Origin: Candidatus Gygaella obscura
GTDB taxonomy: Bacteria; Omnitrophota; Gorgyraeia; Gygaellales; Gygaellaceae
Direction of reading: 5' to 3'
Assembly: GCA_030765485.1 (NCBI GenBank)
Contig: JAVCCR010000031.1
Coordinates: forward strand, 17,359-81,358
DNA: 64,000 nucleotides
The position numbers and the translations under genes are program-made. The notes below the pieces were generated by a model that worked only from the letters and a program-made list of their open reading frames with translations, ran no database searches and was not told the origin of the DNA. Of the stretch, positions 18,386 through 29,669 are shown one piece after another; position 1 is the first letter of the stretch, and every line of letters begins with the position of its first letter.

Positions 18386-19555
18386 ATGGTGCACAAAAAG
18401 CATTTTTTTACATCCGAATCTGTTGGAGAAGGACATCCGGATAAAGTCTGCGATCAAATTTCAGATGCAGTCTTAGATGAGGTTTTAAGAAACGATCCCT
18501 ATGGCCGTGTTGCCTGCGAGACTTATGTTACCATGGGACTTTTGATTGTAGGAGGTGAAATTACAACCACTACTTATATAGATGTACACAAAATTACAAG
18601 GGATTTACTAAAGAAAATCGGTTATAACCATCCCAAATATGGATTTGATTATCATACCTGTGCAATTGTTAATACTATAAATAGACAATCTCCTGATATT
18701 GCACAAGGTGTTGATAGGGGAGGTGCAGGTGATCAGGGTTTGATGGTTGGTTATGCTTGTCGTGAGACAAAAGAACTTATGCCGCTTGCGATAATGTTAT
18801 CTCATAGGTTAGTAAAACAGACTGCAGATGTAAGAAGAAAAGGAATTTTAAAATATTTAGGACCTGATTGCAAGTCTCAGGTTACTGTAGAATATCATGA
18901 CGGTAAACCAAAACGCGTTGATTCTGTTGTTTTGGCCTGTCAGCATACAACGGAAATTTTAGATTCCACAAAAGAGCAGATAACAAAGAAGGCAAAAAAA
19001 GAAATCATTGAGAAGATTGCCAAACCGATAGTGAAAGATTACGTTGATAAAAATACTAAATACTATATAAATGAGACGGGAAAATTTGTTGTTGGTGGTC
19101 CTCAGTCTGATACAGGTATGACTGGAAGAAAAATCGTAGTTGATACCTATGGTGGTACAGCTGCTCCAGGTGGTGGAGCCTTTTCGGGGAAAGACCCCAC
19201 TAAGGTGGATAGATCTGCTGCATATATGGCTAGATACATTGCAAAAAATCTTGTTGCCGCAGGCCTTGCAGATAAATGTCTTGTGCAGCTTGCCTATGTA
19301 ATAGGTAAGGCTGAGCCTTTATCGATTATGATTGATACTTCTGGAACAAGTAAGCTGAGCGAAACAAATTTAGTAAAACTGGTTAGGGATAATTTTGAGC
19401 TTACGCCTAAGGGGATGATTGCCTCGCTTAATTTACTTCGCCCTATATACGAAAAAACCGCTTGTTACGGTCATTTTGGCAGAACAGAAGTAGAGTTTAG
19501 CTGGGAGAATACGAACAAAGCAGCTACATTAAAAAAACAGGCATCTAAATTATAA
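18386..19555 (+). CDS. metK: S-adenosylmethionine synthetase
   Basis: 389 aa. '[24 protein letters not shown]', '[19 protein letters not shown]' are canonical MAT motifs. Confidence 0.95.
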   Translation: MVHKKHFFTSESVGEGHPDKVCDQISDAVLDEVLRNDPYGRVACETYVTMGLLIVGGEITTTTYIDVHKITRDLLKKIGYNHPKYGFDYHTCAIVNTINRQSPDIAQGVDRGGAGDQGLMVGYACRETKELMPLAIMLSHRLVKQTADVRRKGILKYLGPDCKSQVTVEYHDGKPKRVDSVVLACQHTTEILDSTKEQITKKAKKEIIEKIAKPIVKDYVDKNTKYYINETGKFVVGGPQSDTGMTGRKIVVDTYGGTAAPGGGAFSGKDPTKVDRSAAYMARYIAKNLVAAGLADKCLVQLAYVIGKAEPLSIMIDTSGTSKLSETNLVKLVRDNFELTPKGMIASLNLLRPIYEKTACYGHFGRTEVEFSWENTNKAATLKKQASKL

Positions 19556-19578
19556 GTTAAACAAACAAGGAGAAAATA

Positions 19579-20838
19579 TTGATGAAGTATCATATAAAAG
19601 ATATATCTTTAGCTAAAAAAGGAAAACTACGTATTGAATGGGCAAGTAATAATATGCCGGTATTAGCGTTGATTAGAAAACGTTTTGCCAAAGAGAAACC
19701 CTTAAAAGGGGTAAAACTTGCTGCGTGTTTGCATGTTACTACAGAAACCGGCGTATTAGCTCAGACTCTAAAGATGGGCGGAGCACAAGTTTTTGTCTGT
19801 GCATCTAATCTATTATCCACACAGGATGATGTAGCCGCTAGTCTTGTAAGAAATGATAAGATTCCTGTATTTTCAATTAGGGGAGAAGATACGAAAACTT
19901 ATTATAGTCATATAAAATCAGTTTTAGAGGTAAAGCCTGATATTACCATGGATGATGGTGCAGATTTAGTCAGTGTTGTTCATAAACGAGAAAACAAAGT
20001 TCATGCCAATATCATGGGTGGAACAGAAGAGACTACAACTGGTGTTATAAGGCTTAGGGCATTAGCGAATGAAAATAAACTTCGCTATCCGATTGTTGCT
20101 GTTAATGATGCATTGACCAAGCATTTGTTTGATAATCGCTATGGAACGGGTCAGTCTACTATGGACGGTATATTGCGCGCTACAAATAAACTTATTGCCG
20201 GAAGTAAATTAGTGGTCTGCGGATATGGTTGGTGTGGTAGGGGTGTAGCTTTAAGGGCTAAGGGAATGGCAGCGCATGTGATTGTTGCCGAGGTTGATCC
20301 CTTAAAGGCATTAGAGGCTACTATGGATGGATATGAAGTGATGACCTTAAAGAAAGCTGCACGCATAGGAGATATTTTCGTTACGGTAACTGGAGATGCT
20401 GCAGTAATCAGGAAGGAACATTTTTTATTGATGAAAGATGGTGCAATCGTTGCTAATGCAGGCCATTTTAACGTGGAGATAGATATCCCTTCTTTAGAAA
20501 AACTAAGTAAATCAAAAAGAGCTATAAGAGATTTTGTTATGGAGTATAACTTAAAAGGTAAACGCAGGATATATGTATTGGGCCAGGGTCGGCTTATTAA
20601 TCTGGCTGCAGCTGAAGGTCATCCGGCACAGGTTATGGATATGTCCTTTGCCAACCAGGCTTTAAGCGCCGAATACATTTTTAAGAATCATAAGAAAATG
20701 AAGCAGGCAGTTTATAAAGTGCCTGAAGCAATAGATAAAAAAATTGCATCTTTAAAGTTAAAGTCTATGGGTATTGGTATTGATAGCCTTACTAAAGAAC
20801 AAAAGAAATACCTCTGTAGCTGGGAGATAGGAACTTAA
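19579..20838 (+). CDS. ahcY: Adenosylhomocysteinase (SAH hydrolase)
   Basis: 419 aa. 'LAACLHVTTETGVLAQTL' and the NAD-binding 'VVCGYGWCGRGVA'. Adjacent to metK, forming a methyl-cycle pair. Confidence 0.95.
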   Translation: MMKYHIKDISLAKKGKLRIEWASNNMPVLALIRKRFAKEKPLKGVKLAACLHVTTETGVLAQTLKMGGAQVFVCASNLLSTQDDVAASLVRNDKIPVFSIRGEDTKTYYSHIKSVLEVKPDITMDDGADLVSVVHKRENKVHANIMGGTEETTTGVIRLRALANENKLRYPIVAVNDALTKHLFDNRYGTGQSTMDGILRATNKLIAGSKLVVCGYGWCGRGVALRAKGMAAHVIVAEVDPLKALEATMDGYEVMTLKKAARIGDIFVTVTGDAAVIRKEHFLLMKDGAIVANAGHFNVEIDIPSLEKLSKSKRAIRDFVMEYNLKGKRRIYVLGQGRLINLAAAEGHPAQVMDMSFANQALSAEYIFKNHKKMKQAVYKVPEAIDKKIASLKLKSMGIGIDSLTKEQKKYLCSWEIGT

Positions 20839-21804
20839 ATGCCGATAAAAAAAATTGCAGTTTTAACTTCCGGAGGAGACGCACCCGGGATGAACGCTGC
20901 TATAAGAGCAGTGGTGCGTTTTGCCACTTATAACAAGATTGATGTTATGGGTGTTTTCCGTGGTTATGAAGGTTTGATTCAGGCAGATTTAAAATCTTTA
21001 AACCATAGATCTGTTTCTAATATTATTAATCGCGGCGGGACAATTTTAAAGACCGCAAGAAGCGATGAGTTTTTAACTGAAGAGGGTCAAAAAAAGGCAG
21101 TTAAGGTATTAAAGGAAAATAGTATCGATGGACTTGTTTTAATCGGCGGTAATGGAACTTATAAAGGAGCAATAGCTTTAAGTAAAAAGTGGGATATTCC
21201 CTGTATTGGAATTCCAGGGACAATTGACAATGATATAAACGGAACAGATTCTACTTTAGGAGCTGATACAGCAGTAAATACTGCCCTAGAAGCAATTGAT
21301 AAAATCCGTGATACAGCAACCAGTATGGAAAGGATTTTCGTAATTGAGGTTATGGGTAGAGATTCTGGTTATATTGCTCTTACATCTGCCTTAGGCGGTG
21401 GCGCAGAAGAGGTAGTTTTGCCGGAGATGAAATTTGATTTTGATAATATGAATCAGGAGATTGTTGAAGGCAATATCCGCGGTAAGATTAGTTGGATTGT
21501 TGTTGTTGCAGAAGGCGCAGGAAAAGCAGAAGATGTTGCTGATAAAATTACCGAGACAACTGGATTAGAGGTTAGAGTTGTTGTTTTAGGTCATGTCCAG
21601 CGAGGGGGAATTCCTACTGCACGAGATAGAATCCTGGCAACGCGTATGGGAGTAAAGGCTGTGGAGTTATTGATTGCTGGTGAAAAATCAAAAGCGGTTG
21701 GAGTGATTTCAAATGATATAAATGTAGTCGATTTGGAATTTGCCGTAATAAAAAAAGCAATAAATGTAGAAAGTCTTTATAGGTTAGTAAAAATAGTAAC
21801 TTAA
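20839..21804 (+). CDS. pfkA: ATP-dependent 6-phosphofructokinase
   Basis: 321 aa. 'KIAVLTSGGDAPGMNAAIRAVV', 'GIPGTIDNDI', 'MGRDSGYIAL'. Confidence 0.9.
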   Translation: MPIKKIAVLTSGGDAPGMNAAIRAVVRFATYNKIDVMGVFRGYEGLIQADLKSLNHRSVSNIINRGGTILKTARSDEFLTEEGQKKAVKVLKENSIDGLVLIGGNGTYKGAIALSKKWDIPCIGIPGTIDNDINGTDSTLGADTAVNTALEAIDKIRDTATSMERIFVIEVMGRDSGYIALTSALGGGAEEVVLPEMKFDFDNMNQEIVEGNIRGKISWIVVVAEGAGKAEDVADKITETTGLEVRVVVLGHVQRGGIPTARDRILATRMGVKAVELLIAGEKSKAVGVISNDINVVDLEFAVIKKAINVESLYRLVKIVT

Positions 21805-21828
21805 TTTTATGAAAGGGGTGTTAGTTTT

Positions 21829-23154
21829 ATGGGTAGAAAGCCATTAGATATGACAAGGTTGGTAAAACAGTTGGTAAATACAGATGATTTAAATGAAAAA
21901 AAGAAAATCTCCAAGAAAATAAAGGATATTGCATATAAAAAAGGAGTGTATCCAGCAAGTATACATGATTTTTATATTGCAAGAGGCAAAAAAGAATATA
22001 ATGGTCTGACTGTTCCGGCAGTTAACATTAGAAGTCTTACATTTGATTTGGCGCGTGCAATGTTTAGGGTTGCTAAAAGGAATAATTCTGCAGCTTTTAT
22101 ATTTGAGATTGCCAAGTCAGAAATGGGTTATACTGCTCAGCCTCCGGTTGAATACTCTGCAGTTATTTTAGCAGCTGCTGTTAAGGAAGGCTATGAGGGA
22201 CCTGTTTTTATTCAAGGTGATCACTTCCAGGCAAATGTCAAAAAATACCAGGATAATCCGGAAAAAGAGATAGATGTTTTAAAGGCATTGATACAGGATT
22301 CTATAAATAACGGTTTTTATAATATTGATATAGATTCTTCTACTTTGGTTGATTTGTCAAAAAAAAGTATCAAAAAACAGCAATTTGCGAATTATGAAGT
22401 TTGTGCAAAACTTACGCAGTTTATTAGAAGGATTCAACCTCGTGGGGTTACAGTTTCTGTCGGTGGTGAGATCGGTGAGGTAGGACAAAAGAATTCTACG
22501 CCAGAGGATCTGCGTGCATTTATGGAAGGTTTTAATGAGCGTTTAAGAAAAGGCCTTACCGGAATTAGCAAGATTTCTGTGCAGACCGGTACTTCACACG
22601 GAGGAGTTGTTTTACCCGACGGTACTATTGCCCAGGTAAAGCTTGATTTTGAGACATTAAAGAATTTATCTGAAATTGCCAGAAATGAATTCTCAATGGC
22701 CGGAGCGGTTCAGCATGGTGCATCTACTCTTCCAGAGGACGCGTTTCATAAGTTTGTTGAATGCGAAGCTGCTGAGGTTCACTTGGCAACACAGTTTCAG
22801 AATATGATTTTTGACAGCAAGCATTTCCCAGAAGATTTAAGGGATAAGATATATGCCTGGATAAAGGAAAATTTGTCTTCAGAACACAAGGAAGGTCAAA
22901 CTGAAGAACAGTTTATTTATAAAACTCGCAAGAAGGCCTTAGGACCGTTTAAAAAGGATATCATGGCTTTGGATGAGTCGATAAAGGATGCAATTAGTAA
23001 AGAAATAGAAAATAAGTTTGAGTTTTTGTTTAAACAGCTTAATACGATAAATAACTCTGATTTAGTAAAAAAACATACAATTTTTAAAAGAGTGATTTCT
23101 CGAAAAAAAGAACAAGGTCCGGAAGCCATTCACGATGGCGAGGGTGATGATTAA
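21829..23154 (+). CDS. Class II (metal-dependent) fructose/tagatose-bisphosphate aldolase-like protein, long form
   Basis: 441 aa. 'VPAVNIRSLTFDLARAMFRVAKRNNSAAFIFEI' and 'QGDHF', 'QTGTSHGGV', 'VQHGASTLPED' resemble class II aldolase motifs. Directly follows pfkA. Length is atypical, so family-level call only. Confidence 0.5.
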   Translation: MGRKPLDMTRLVKQLVNTDDLNEKKKISKKIKDIAYKKGVYPASIHDFYIARGKKEYNGLTVPAVNIRSLTFDLARAMFRVAKRNNSAAFIFEIAKSEMGYTAQPPVEYSAVILAAAVKEGYEGPVFIQGDHFQANVKKYQDNPEKEIDVLKALIQDSINNGFYNIDIDSSTLVDLSKKSIKKQQFANYEVCAKLTQFIRRIQPRGVTVSVGGEIGEVGQKNSTPEDLRAFMEGFNERLRKGLTGISKISVQTGTSHGGVVLPDGTIAQVKLDFETLKNLSEIARNEFSMAGAVQHGASTLPEDAFHKFVECEAAEVHLATQFQNMIFDSKHFPEDLRDKIYAWIKENLSSEHKEGQTEEQFIYKTRKKALGPFKKDIMALDESIKDAISKEIENKFEFLFKQLNTINNSDLVKKHTIFKRVISRKKEQGPEAIHDGEGDD

Positions 23155-23163
23155 AAAGCATTA

Positions 23164-23191
23164 TTGTCAAAATTGTATATAATGCTATAAT
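23164..23191 (+). promoter_or_regulatory. Putative sigma70 promoter (-35 TTGTCA / -10 TATAAT) for the ilv-leu-aro operon
   Basis: ttgtca (~23164-23169), 16-nt spacer, tataat (~23186-23191), about 30 nt upstream of the ilvB ATG. No leader-peptide attenuator seen. Confidence 0.4.
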
Positions 23192-23219
23192 TTAAGGTAA
23201 GTTAATTTAAGGTGAAATT

Positions 23220-24884
23220 ATGACTGGTTCTGAAATTCTGTTGGAGTGTTTTAAAAGAGAAGGCGTTGAGATAATATTTGGTTATCCCGGAGGTTCTGTA
23301 TTGCCTCTTTTTGATAAGCTGTATGATTCAGATATTAAGTTTATCTTAACTCGCCACGAACAGGGCGCAGCGCATGCAGCAGATGGTTATGCGCGCGCAA
23401 CCGGTAAGGTGGGAGTTTGTATTGCTACTTCGGGGCCTGGTGCGACTAATCTAGTTACAGGTATTGCCACCGCCCATATGGATTCTATTCCTATGGTAGC
23501 AATTACCGGGCAGGTGAAGACTTTTTTAATCGGTAATGATGCTTTTCAAGAGGCGGATCTTACAGGAATAACGCGTTCAATAACTAAGCATAATTATCTG
23601 GTTAAGGATACAAAAGATTTGGCTAAGATAATTCGTGAGGCTTTTCATATTGCTTCAACCGGAAGGCCAGGGCCTGTTTTGATTGATATCCCTGTTGATG
23701 TGCAGATTGGGAAAACTGATTTTATTTGGCCGGAAGAAGTGGATATGAGAAGCTATCAACCAACATTTTTCGGTCATCCCGGACAGATAAAAAAAGCAGC
23801 TGGAATTATTGCAAAAGCCAAAAGACCTGTTATTTATGCAGGAGGCGGTATTATTATTTCCGGTGCAAGTCAGGAACTTAAAACTTTTGCTGAGAAAATT
23901 AAAACCCCTGTCACTTGGACCCTTATGGGTATTGGTGCATTTGCTTCTGAGCACGAGCTTTCTTTGGGGATGTTAGGGATGCATGGTACTGCTTATGCAA
24001 ACCATGCGATAATGGAGTCAGATTTAATTATTGCTGTTGGTGCGCGCTTTGACGATAGAGTTACGGGAAAAATTGATGAATTTGCACCTCACGCAAAGAT
24101 TATCCATATTGACATTGACCCGGCTTCAATCAGTAAAAATGTTAAGGTGGATGTTCCTATTGTAGGAGATGCTAAAAATATTTTAGTTCAGCTTATTGAA
24201 GAGATAAAGATTTCTCCTAAAACAGAAGATTGGTTTAAGAGTATCGAGGTCTGGAAAAACAAACATCCTATGGTGTATGAGAATGATATAAAAATTAAGC
24301 CCCAGTATGTGATTGAACAAATTTATGAAGCTACCAAGGGTGAAGCAATAATTACGACAGAGGTGGGTCAAAATCAGATGTGGGCAGCGCAGTGGTATAA
24401 GTATAAATATCCGCGTACCTATATTTCAAGTGGCGGTTTAGGCACTATGGGTTATGGTTTTCCTGCTGCTATAGGGGCAAAGATGGGTTGTCCGGAAAAG
24501 GAAGTTTTTGATATAGCAGGTGATGGTTCGATTCAGATGAATATTCAGGAATTGGCAACCTGTGTTTGTAACAAGATAAATGTAAAAGTAGCTATTTTAA
24601 ATAACGGGTATTTGGGTATGGTTAGACAGTGGCAGGAGTTGTTTTATAAAAAAAGATATTCTCATACTTGTATTTCTCATCCGGACTTTGTTAAACTTGC
24701 TGAAAGTTACGGTGCTTTGGGTATACTTGTTGAAAAAAAAGAAGATGTGCGTCCGGCAATTGAGAAGGCAATAAAAACAGACAATACTGTTATGATTGAT
24801 TTCAGGATTGATCCGGAGGAAAATGTTTTTCCTATGGTTCCTGCAGGACAAGCGATTAATAGAATGATAGGCGGCATGGCATAA
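23220..24884 (+). CDS. ilvB: Acetolactate synthase large (catalytic) subunit
   Basis: 554 aa. TPP enzyme with three-domain layout: '[12 protein letters not shown]', '[12 protein letters not shown]', TPP-binding '[14 protein letters not shown]'. Confidence 0.9.
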   Translation: MTGSEILLECFKREGVEIIFGYPGGSVLPLFDKLYDSDIKFILTRHEQGAAHAADGYARATGKVGVCIATSGPGATNLVTGIATAHMDSIPMVAITGQVKTFLIGNDAFQEADLTGITRSITKHNYLVKDTKDLAKIIREAFHIASTGRPGPVLIDIPVDVQIGKTDFIWPEEVDMRSYQPTFFGHPGQIKKAAGIIAKAKRPVIYAGGGIIISGASQELKTFAEKIKTPVTWTLMGIGAFASEHELSLGMLGMHGTAYANHAIMESDLIIAVGARFDDRVTGKIDEFAPHAKIIHIDIDPASISKNVKVDVPIVGDAKNILVQLIEEIKISPKTEDWFKSIEVWKNKHPMVYENDIKIKPQYVIEQIYEATKGEAIITTEVGQNQMWAAQWYKYKYPRTYISSGGLGTMGYGFPAAIGAKMGCPEKEVFDIAGDGSIQMNIQELATCVCNKINVKVAILNNGYLGMVRQWQELFYKKRYSHTCISHPDFVKLAESYGALGILVEKKEDVRPAIEKAIKTDNTVMIDFRIDPEENVFPMVPAGQAINRMIGGMA

Positions 24885-25360
24885 TGAGACATACAATTTC
24901 AGTTTTAGTGGAGAATAAATTCGGTGTGTTAGCGCGCATTGCCGGGCTTTTTAGCGCAAGAGGTTTTAATATCGATAGTCTAGCCGTAGGCGTAACGGAA
25001 GACCCAGAAGTTTCGCGCATGACCATAGTTGTAAATACGAAAGATGAACGAATCTTAGAGCAGATAAAGAAGCAGCTGAATAAGTTGATTGATGTTATAA
25101 CCGTAATTGATTTGACCAAAAGAGATTTTATCGGCAGAGAACTTGTGTTACTCAAGGTATCTTTAGAAAAGATAAAAAAGAGTACATTGTTAAAATTGCT
25201 TAAGAAACTCGATGGTAAGATTGTTAAAATAGCCTCAAGACAGGCAATAGTCGAGGTTTCTGCCGAACAGGATGATTTAAAAGAGCTTTTGTTTAAGCTT
25301 AAAGATGCAGGTTTAAAAGAATTAACGCGTACAGGCAGAATTGCTATAAGTATAAATTGA
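24884..25360 (+). CDS. ilvN: Acetolactate synthase small (regulatory ACT) subunit
   Basis: 158 aa. 'HTISVLVENKFGVLARIAGLFSARGFNIDSLAVG' ACT domain. Stop/start shared with ilvB. Confidence 0.85.
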   Translation: MRHTISVLVENKFGVLARIAGLFSARGFNIDSLAVGVTEDPEVSRMTIVVNTKDERILEQIKKQLNKLIDVITVIDLTKRDFIGRELVLLKVSLEKIKKSTLLKLLKKLDGKIVKIASRQAIVEVSAEQDDLKELLFKLKDAGLKELTRTGRIAISIN

Positions 25361-25361
25361 T

Positions 25362-26801
25362 ATGAATGCTAAAACAAAATCAAAGTTAGGCTCAATAGAA
25401 AAAGCACCGCTTATTCGTAAATTTACTGTTTTATTTATTGTGATGAGCCTTTTGCCTTTTTTGGTTATTGCCTATTTGTTTACACAGTATAATAATTTCG
25501 GCAGCATAAATATTGATCAGAATATTCTGGTTATTTTGCTGTTTTTAGTCGGTGCAGGAACGCTAGCTGGTTTTTATGGCATGAGACGTTCAATTATGAA
25601 GATTCAGCAGTTGACCAAAACAGCAACAAGTCTTGTTTCTAAAAAAATTCCCGGTTTAGGTGAAGTAAAACAAGAACAAAGTGAAATAAGTCAGCTTACC
25701 CATGCATTTAATGCTGTTACTCAGAATCTAGAAAATAATATTAAGCGTTTAGAGGCTTCAAAACGGACCATGCAGGATGTTTTATCAAAGCTTGCTTTGG
25801 GTTTATCTTCAGTCAAGACCATGGATACTTTCTTGGATTTGATTGTTGAGATAACAGCTAATGCCTTGGATGCCAAAAGAGGCGTATTGATGCTTATGGA
25901 TGAAAAACAAGAGCAGCTTTATGTTAAGGTGTCTTCTGGTTTTGATTTGCAGTTTACTAATATAAAGCTTAAGGTGGGTGAAGAAGCTCCTGGTTGGGTG
26001 GCAAAACACAAAAAACCCCTTTTGATACCTGTTGTAGAGAGTCAGCAACAAAGGGTTGAAGAGGTAGATCCTTTTGCGCCACCTCTTTTAAGTGCGCCTA
26101 TGTTATATCAAGATAGACTTATAGGAGTTTTAACTGTGGTGGGAAAAATCACCGGAGGAAACTTTCAGGAAGATGAGTTGATAATAATTCAGAATCTTGC
26201 AACGCAGACTGCGGTGGCGGTTGAAAACGACAGGCTTCATAAGGATGCGGAAAATACTTATATAGAAACTATTTCAGCGTTGGCTATGGCTGTTGAAGCT
26301 AGAGATCCTTATAGTCGTGGTCATTCGGATAGGGTAGCGAAGTATTCTGTTTCCGTAGCTAAGAAGTTAGGTTTAAGTGAAGATGAAATTCACGATATAG
26401 AACATGCGGGTGAGCTTCACGATGTGGGTAAAATCGGTATCAGCGATGAGATTTTACGCAAACCAGGTATTCTTAGTGAAGAAGAGAAAAAAGTAATGCA
26501 TAAACATCCGGTTATTGGAGAGGGGATAGTTAAACCTGTAAGGACATTATCGCGTTTATGTAGGACGATAAGACATCATCATGAGTGGATTGATGGCAGC
26601 GGATATCCAGATGGTATCGGCGGCAATGAAATTTCCATTGCTGCAAAGATTTTAGCTGTTGCTGATAGTTTTGATGCAATGACAACAGATAGGCCATATA
26701 GAAAAGGTCTTAGCGTAGAAAAAGCCAAAGATGAAATTAAAAAGTATTATGGCATTAGATATGACAAGAAAGTGGTGGATGCTTTTTTAAGCATAGTTTA
26801 A
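25362..26801 (+). CDS. Membrane-anchored GAF + HD-GYP domain protein (putative c-di-GMP phosphodiesterase)
   Basis: 479 aa. Two N-terminal TM segments, coiled-coil/HAMP-like linker, GAF-like middle. C-terminal HD ('HSDRVAKYS', 'HDVGKIGI') and GYP motif 'HHEWIDGSGYPDG'. Confidence 0.8.
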   Translation: MNAKTKSKLGSIEKAPLIRKFTVLFIVMSLLPFLVIAYLFTQYNNFGSINIDQNILVILLFLVGAGTLAGFYGMRRSIMKIQQLTKTATSLVSKKIPGLGEVKQEQSEISQLTHAFNAVTQNLENNIKRLEASKRTMQDVLSKLALGLSSVKTMDTFLDLIVEITANALDAKRGVLMLMDEKQEQLYVKVSSGFDLQFTNIKLKVGEEAPGWVAKHKKPLLIPVVESQQQRVEEVDPFAPPLLSAPMLYQDRLIGVLTVVGKITGGNFQEDELIIIQNLATQTAVAVENDRLHKDAENTYIETISALAMAVEARDPYSRGHSDRVAKYSVSVAKKLGLSEDEIHDIEHAGELHDVGKIGISDEILRKPGILSEEEKKVMHKHPVIGEGIVKPVRTLSRLCRTIRHHHEWIDGSGYPDGIGGNEISIAAKILAVADSFDAMTTDRPYRKGLSVEKAKDEIKKYYGIRYDKKVVDAFLSIV

Positions 26802-26821
26802 TGATAAAACCGTAAAGGAGA

Positions 26822-27820
26822 TTGAAGATGGCAAAGATATTTTATGACAAAGATGCTGACTTGGGTTTATTGAAGAATAAGGTTGTAGCGATAATAGGTT
26901 ATGGTATACAAGGTAGAGGTCAGGCACTTTGTTTAAGAGATAGTAAAGTTAATGTGATTGTTTCAGAGCTTTCCAATACACCTAATTTTAAGCAGGCGAA
27001 AAGAGATGGTTTTAAGCCTGTTTCAGCTAAAGAAGCTGCAAAAAAAGCTGATATAATCCAGATCCTAACTCAAGACCATGTGCAATCTTTTGTTTATAAT
27101 AATTCAATCAAGCCGTATCTAACAAAGAGCAAGGCTTTGTGTTTTTCTCACGGTTTTAATATCCATTTTAAAGAGATTAAACCGCCTAAATCTGTAGATG
27201 TGTTTATGGTTGCTCCTAAAGGTCCGGGTGCTTTAGTAAGAAAGATGTACGAAGAAGGAAAAGGTGTTCCTTCTTTGGTTGCGGTTTATCAGAATGCAAG
27301 TGGCAAGGCTTTAAAATTTGCTTTAGCCTATGCAAAGGCATTAAAGGCAACAACGGCGGGAGTTATTAAAACTACCTTTAAGGAAGAAACAGAAACAGAT
27401 CTTTTTGGTGAGCAGGCTGTTTTATGCGGTGGGGTAAGTGAGCTTATTACGGCTGGTTTTGATACTCTTATAAAGGCAGGCTATCAAAATGAGATTGCTT
27501 ATTTTGAGGTTTTGCATGAATTGAAACTGATCACTGATCTTATTCAGGAATATGGGATATCGGGTATGAGAAGACGAGTTTCTAATACAGCCTGTTATGG
27601 AGATCTTTCAAGGGGTAAAAGAATAATTACCAAAAAGACACGTCTTGAGATGAATAAAATTTTAAAGGAGATTAAGTCAGGAAAATTCGCTAGAGAGTGG
27701 ATTAGAGAAAATAAAAAAGGAAGACATAATTTTAACAGGCTTCTTATTCAGGGCGACAGGCATAAGATCGAGCAGGTCGGTAAGAAGTTAAGAAAAATGA
27801 TGCCTTGGATGAAGCATTAG
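26822..27820 (+). CDS. ilvC: Ketol-acid reductoisomerase (class I)
   Basis: 332 aa. '[22 protein letters not shown]' Rossmann, '[16 protein letters not shown]'. Confidence 0.9.
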   Translation: MKMAKIFYDKDADLGLLKNKVVAIIGYGIQGRGQALCLRDSKVNVIVSELSNTPNFKQAKRDGFKPVSAKEAAKKADIIQILTQDHVQSFVYNNSIKPYLTKSKALCFSHGFNIHFKEIKPPKSVDVFMVAPKGPGALVRKMYEEGKGVPSLVAVYQNASGKALKFALAYAKALKATTAGVIKTTFKEETETDLFGEQAVLCGGVSELITAGFDTLIKAGYQNEIAYFEVLHELKLITDLIQEYGISGMRRRVSNTACYGDLSRGKRIITKKTRLEMNKILKEIKSGKFAREWIRENKKGRHNFNRLLIQGDRHKIEQVGKKLRKMMPWMKH

Positions 27821-27836
27821 ATAGAGGAATAATTTT

Positions 27837-29669
27837 ATGAAGAAAACCTTAACCTTTCTTTTAATTGGTACGTTTTTTATTATTTTGTTGTCAGCTGGGT
27901 TTTATTTTCTGCAGCAGAAGAAAACCTCGCTTGAGTTTACGGAATTGGCTGAACTTGTTTCTCAAGATGCAATGGCCTATATTTATGCGGATAATTTAAA
28001 TGAAGTTTTTGGTGAAATTACTCAGACTGCTTTAGCAAAAAATATCATCAAGTCTAGCCCTTGGAAGAATTTTATTAATTCAGATAAAGGAAAAAATGAA
28101 TATAAAAAGGCTTTACAGATAAAGGATTTGGTTTTAAGCGTGTTAAAGAAAAGATACTCTATAGCTTTTTACTCAAGAGAAAAAGTTGAGGTTGATTTTC
28201 TGCATTTGGTAGAATTAACGCCCGATAGCAGATTTAAGGAAAAAATATTAAAAATATTTTTGGACAAGAGTGGAAAAACAGATATTAAAAGTTCAAAATA
28301 TAAAAAGTTTGTCATCAATACAGTATATTTGGATAATTTCAATCTGTATTATACCGTTGCGGGCAGTATCGCTTTAATATCCAATAACCAACAACTTGTA
28401 AAAGATGCTTTGGATTTAGGTAGTAGTAGAAAAGATAAGTCTCTTGCCGATAGTAATCGTGTAAATAATATAAGGAAGAAGTTTAATAAGACCGAGCGTT
28501 TTATGTGGGCTTGGTTTGATGCAAGAAAATGGCAGGAGGTTTCTCAACAAGCTTTATTAAAGGAAAATAAAGATAATGCATTAGATGAGCAGTTAATCAA
28601 TGAGCTTAAGAGCCCTTTTAGCGATGTATGTTTGGAGTGTGTTTTTGATAATGGGTTTGAAATAAGAATAATTTCTATGGTCGATAAGTCCTTAACAAGC
28701 GATGATGATCAAATTAAGATATATAATCTTTTTGCCGATAAGATATCCGATAAGAGGCTGCTTAATGTTTTCCCCAAACAGTCTTTGGCTTTGGCCAGTG
28801 TCCATATTGAAAGTGTTTTAGATTGGTACGAATTATTTAAGGACTATCTGGACACACCTTTATTAAAATCACCTATTATGGGCAGTCAAGATTCTTTTAA
28901 AATAAGTGATTTTAAAAATAATGTTTTAGATTACTGCGGAATTGATTTAGAAAAAGAGGTTTTATCAAATATCGGTAAGGAATTAAGTGTCGGTTTTATT
29001 GGTTTTGAAAATTTCTCCATGCCTGGTTTAAACAAGATGCCTGGTAAGGTTAATTTAAGTATTCCTTTGCCTCAGTTGTTGTTAGCTTTCGAAGTTAGGG
29101 AAGCAACAAAGGCAAAAGATACAATGAAGAAGTTATATAATAAAGTGATATCTGATCGCAATGAGCAGATGTTTTCCCATATACAGATTCCGGAAACAGA
29201 AGAAAGCGATGAATCTGCATTTAAGATTCCAGAGTTTGAAATTCAAGAACGTGATTACAAAGGAAGTACAATCTATCAGGTGGGTATAAATAGTCCAGAG
29301 CTTCAAGGCAAGGCATCCTTAGCATCTTTGATGATGTTTCCCAGTTTTACAGTAAAAAATAATGATTTTCTTATCAGTTTTCCTTCATTGTCAGTGGACA
29401 GGGCTTTGGATGATTATGATACAAAACAAAATTCAATAAAAGATAATAGAAAAATATCCGATTTGTTAGATTCGGATTATACTTTTATGTTTTTTGTTGA
29501 TGTTAATAATATTATAAGTTCATTGGAGTTTATTTTAAAGGTTTTGCCGATACATGAAAGTATTTCCGAGGTTATAGATATTATAGCTTGTATTGATTTT
29601 GTAGCCTCGAGGATGGTTAATAAAAGCGAATACGCTGAGTCAAATCTTATCATAAAGTTAAAAAAGTAA
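27837..29669 (+). CDS. Hypothetical N-terminally anchored/exported 610-aa protein of unknown function
   Basis: Signal-anchor 'MKKTLTFLLIGTFFIILLSAGFYFL'. No catalytic motifs recognised. Sits between ilvC and leuA. Confidence 0.5.
   Translation: MKKTLTFLLIGTFFIILLSAGFYFLQQKKTSLEFTELAELVSQDAMAYIYADNLNEVFGEITQTALAKNIIKSSPWKNFINSDKGKNEYKKALQIKDLVLSVLKKRYSIAFYSREKVEVDFLHLVELTPDSRFKEKILKIFLDKSGKTDIKSSKYKKFVINTVYLDNFNLYYTVAGSIALISNNQQLVKDALDLGSSRKDKSLADSNRVNNIRKKFNKTERFMWAWFDARKWQEVSQQALLKENKDNALDEQLINELKSPFSDVCLECVFDNGFEIRIISMVDKSLTSDDDQIKIYNLFADKISDKRLLNVFPKQSLALASVHIESVLDWYELFKDYLDTPLLKSPIMGSQDSFKISDFKNNVLDYCGIDLEKEVLSNIGKELSVGFIGFENFSMPGLNKMPGKVNLSIPLPQLLLAFEVREATKAKDTMKKLYNKVISDRNEQMFSHIQIPETEESDESAFKIPEFEIQERDYKGSTIYQVGINSPELQGKASLASLMMFPSFTVKNNDFLISFPSLSVDRALDDYDTKQNSIKDNRKISDLLDSDYTFMFFVDVNNIISSLEFILKVLPIHESISEVIDIIACIDFVASRMVNKSEYAESNLIIKLKK

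Noticed and set aside
21829-23154. Possibility that the 441-aa aldolase-like ORF is two fused genes or a frameshift artefact
   Set aside because: The aldolase-like motifs are spread along most of the length in a single frame, and a C-terminal extension is plausible. Kept as one CDS at reduced confidence.
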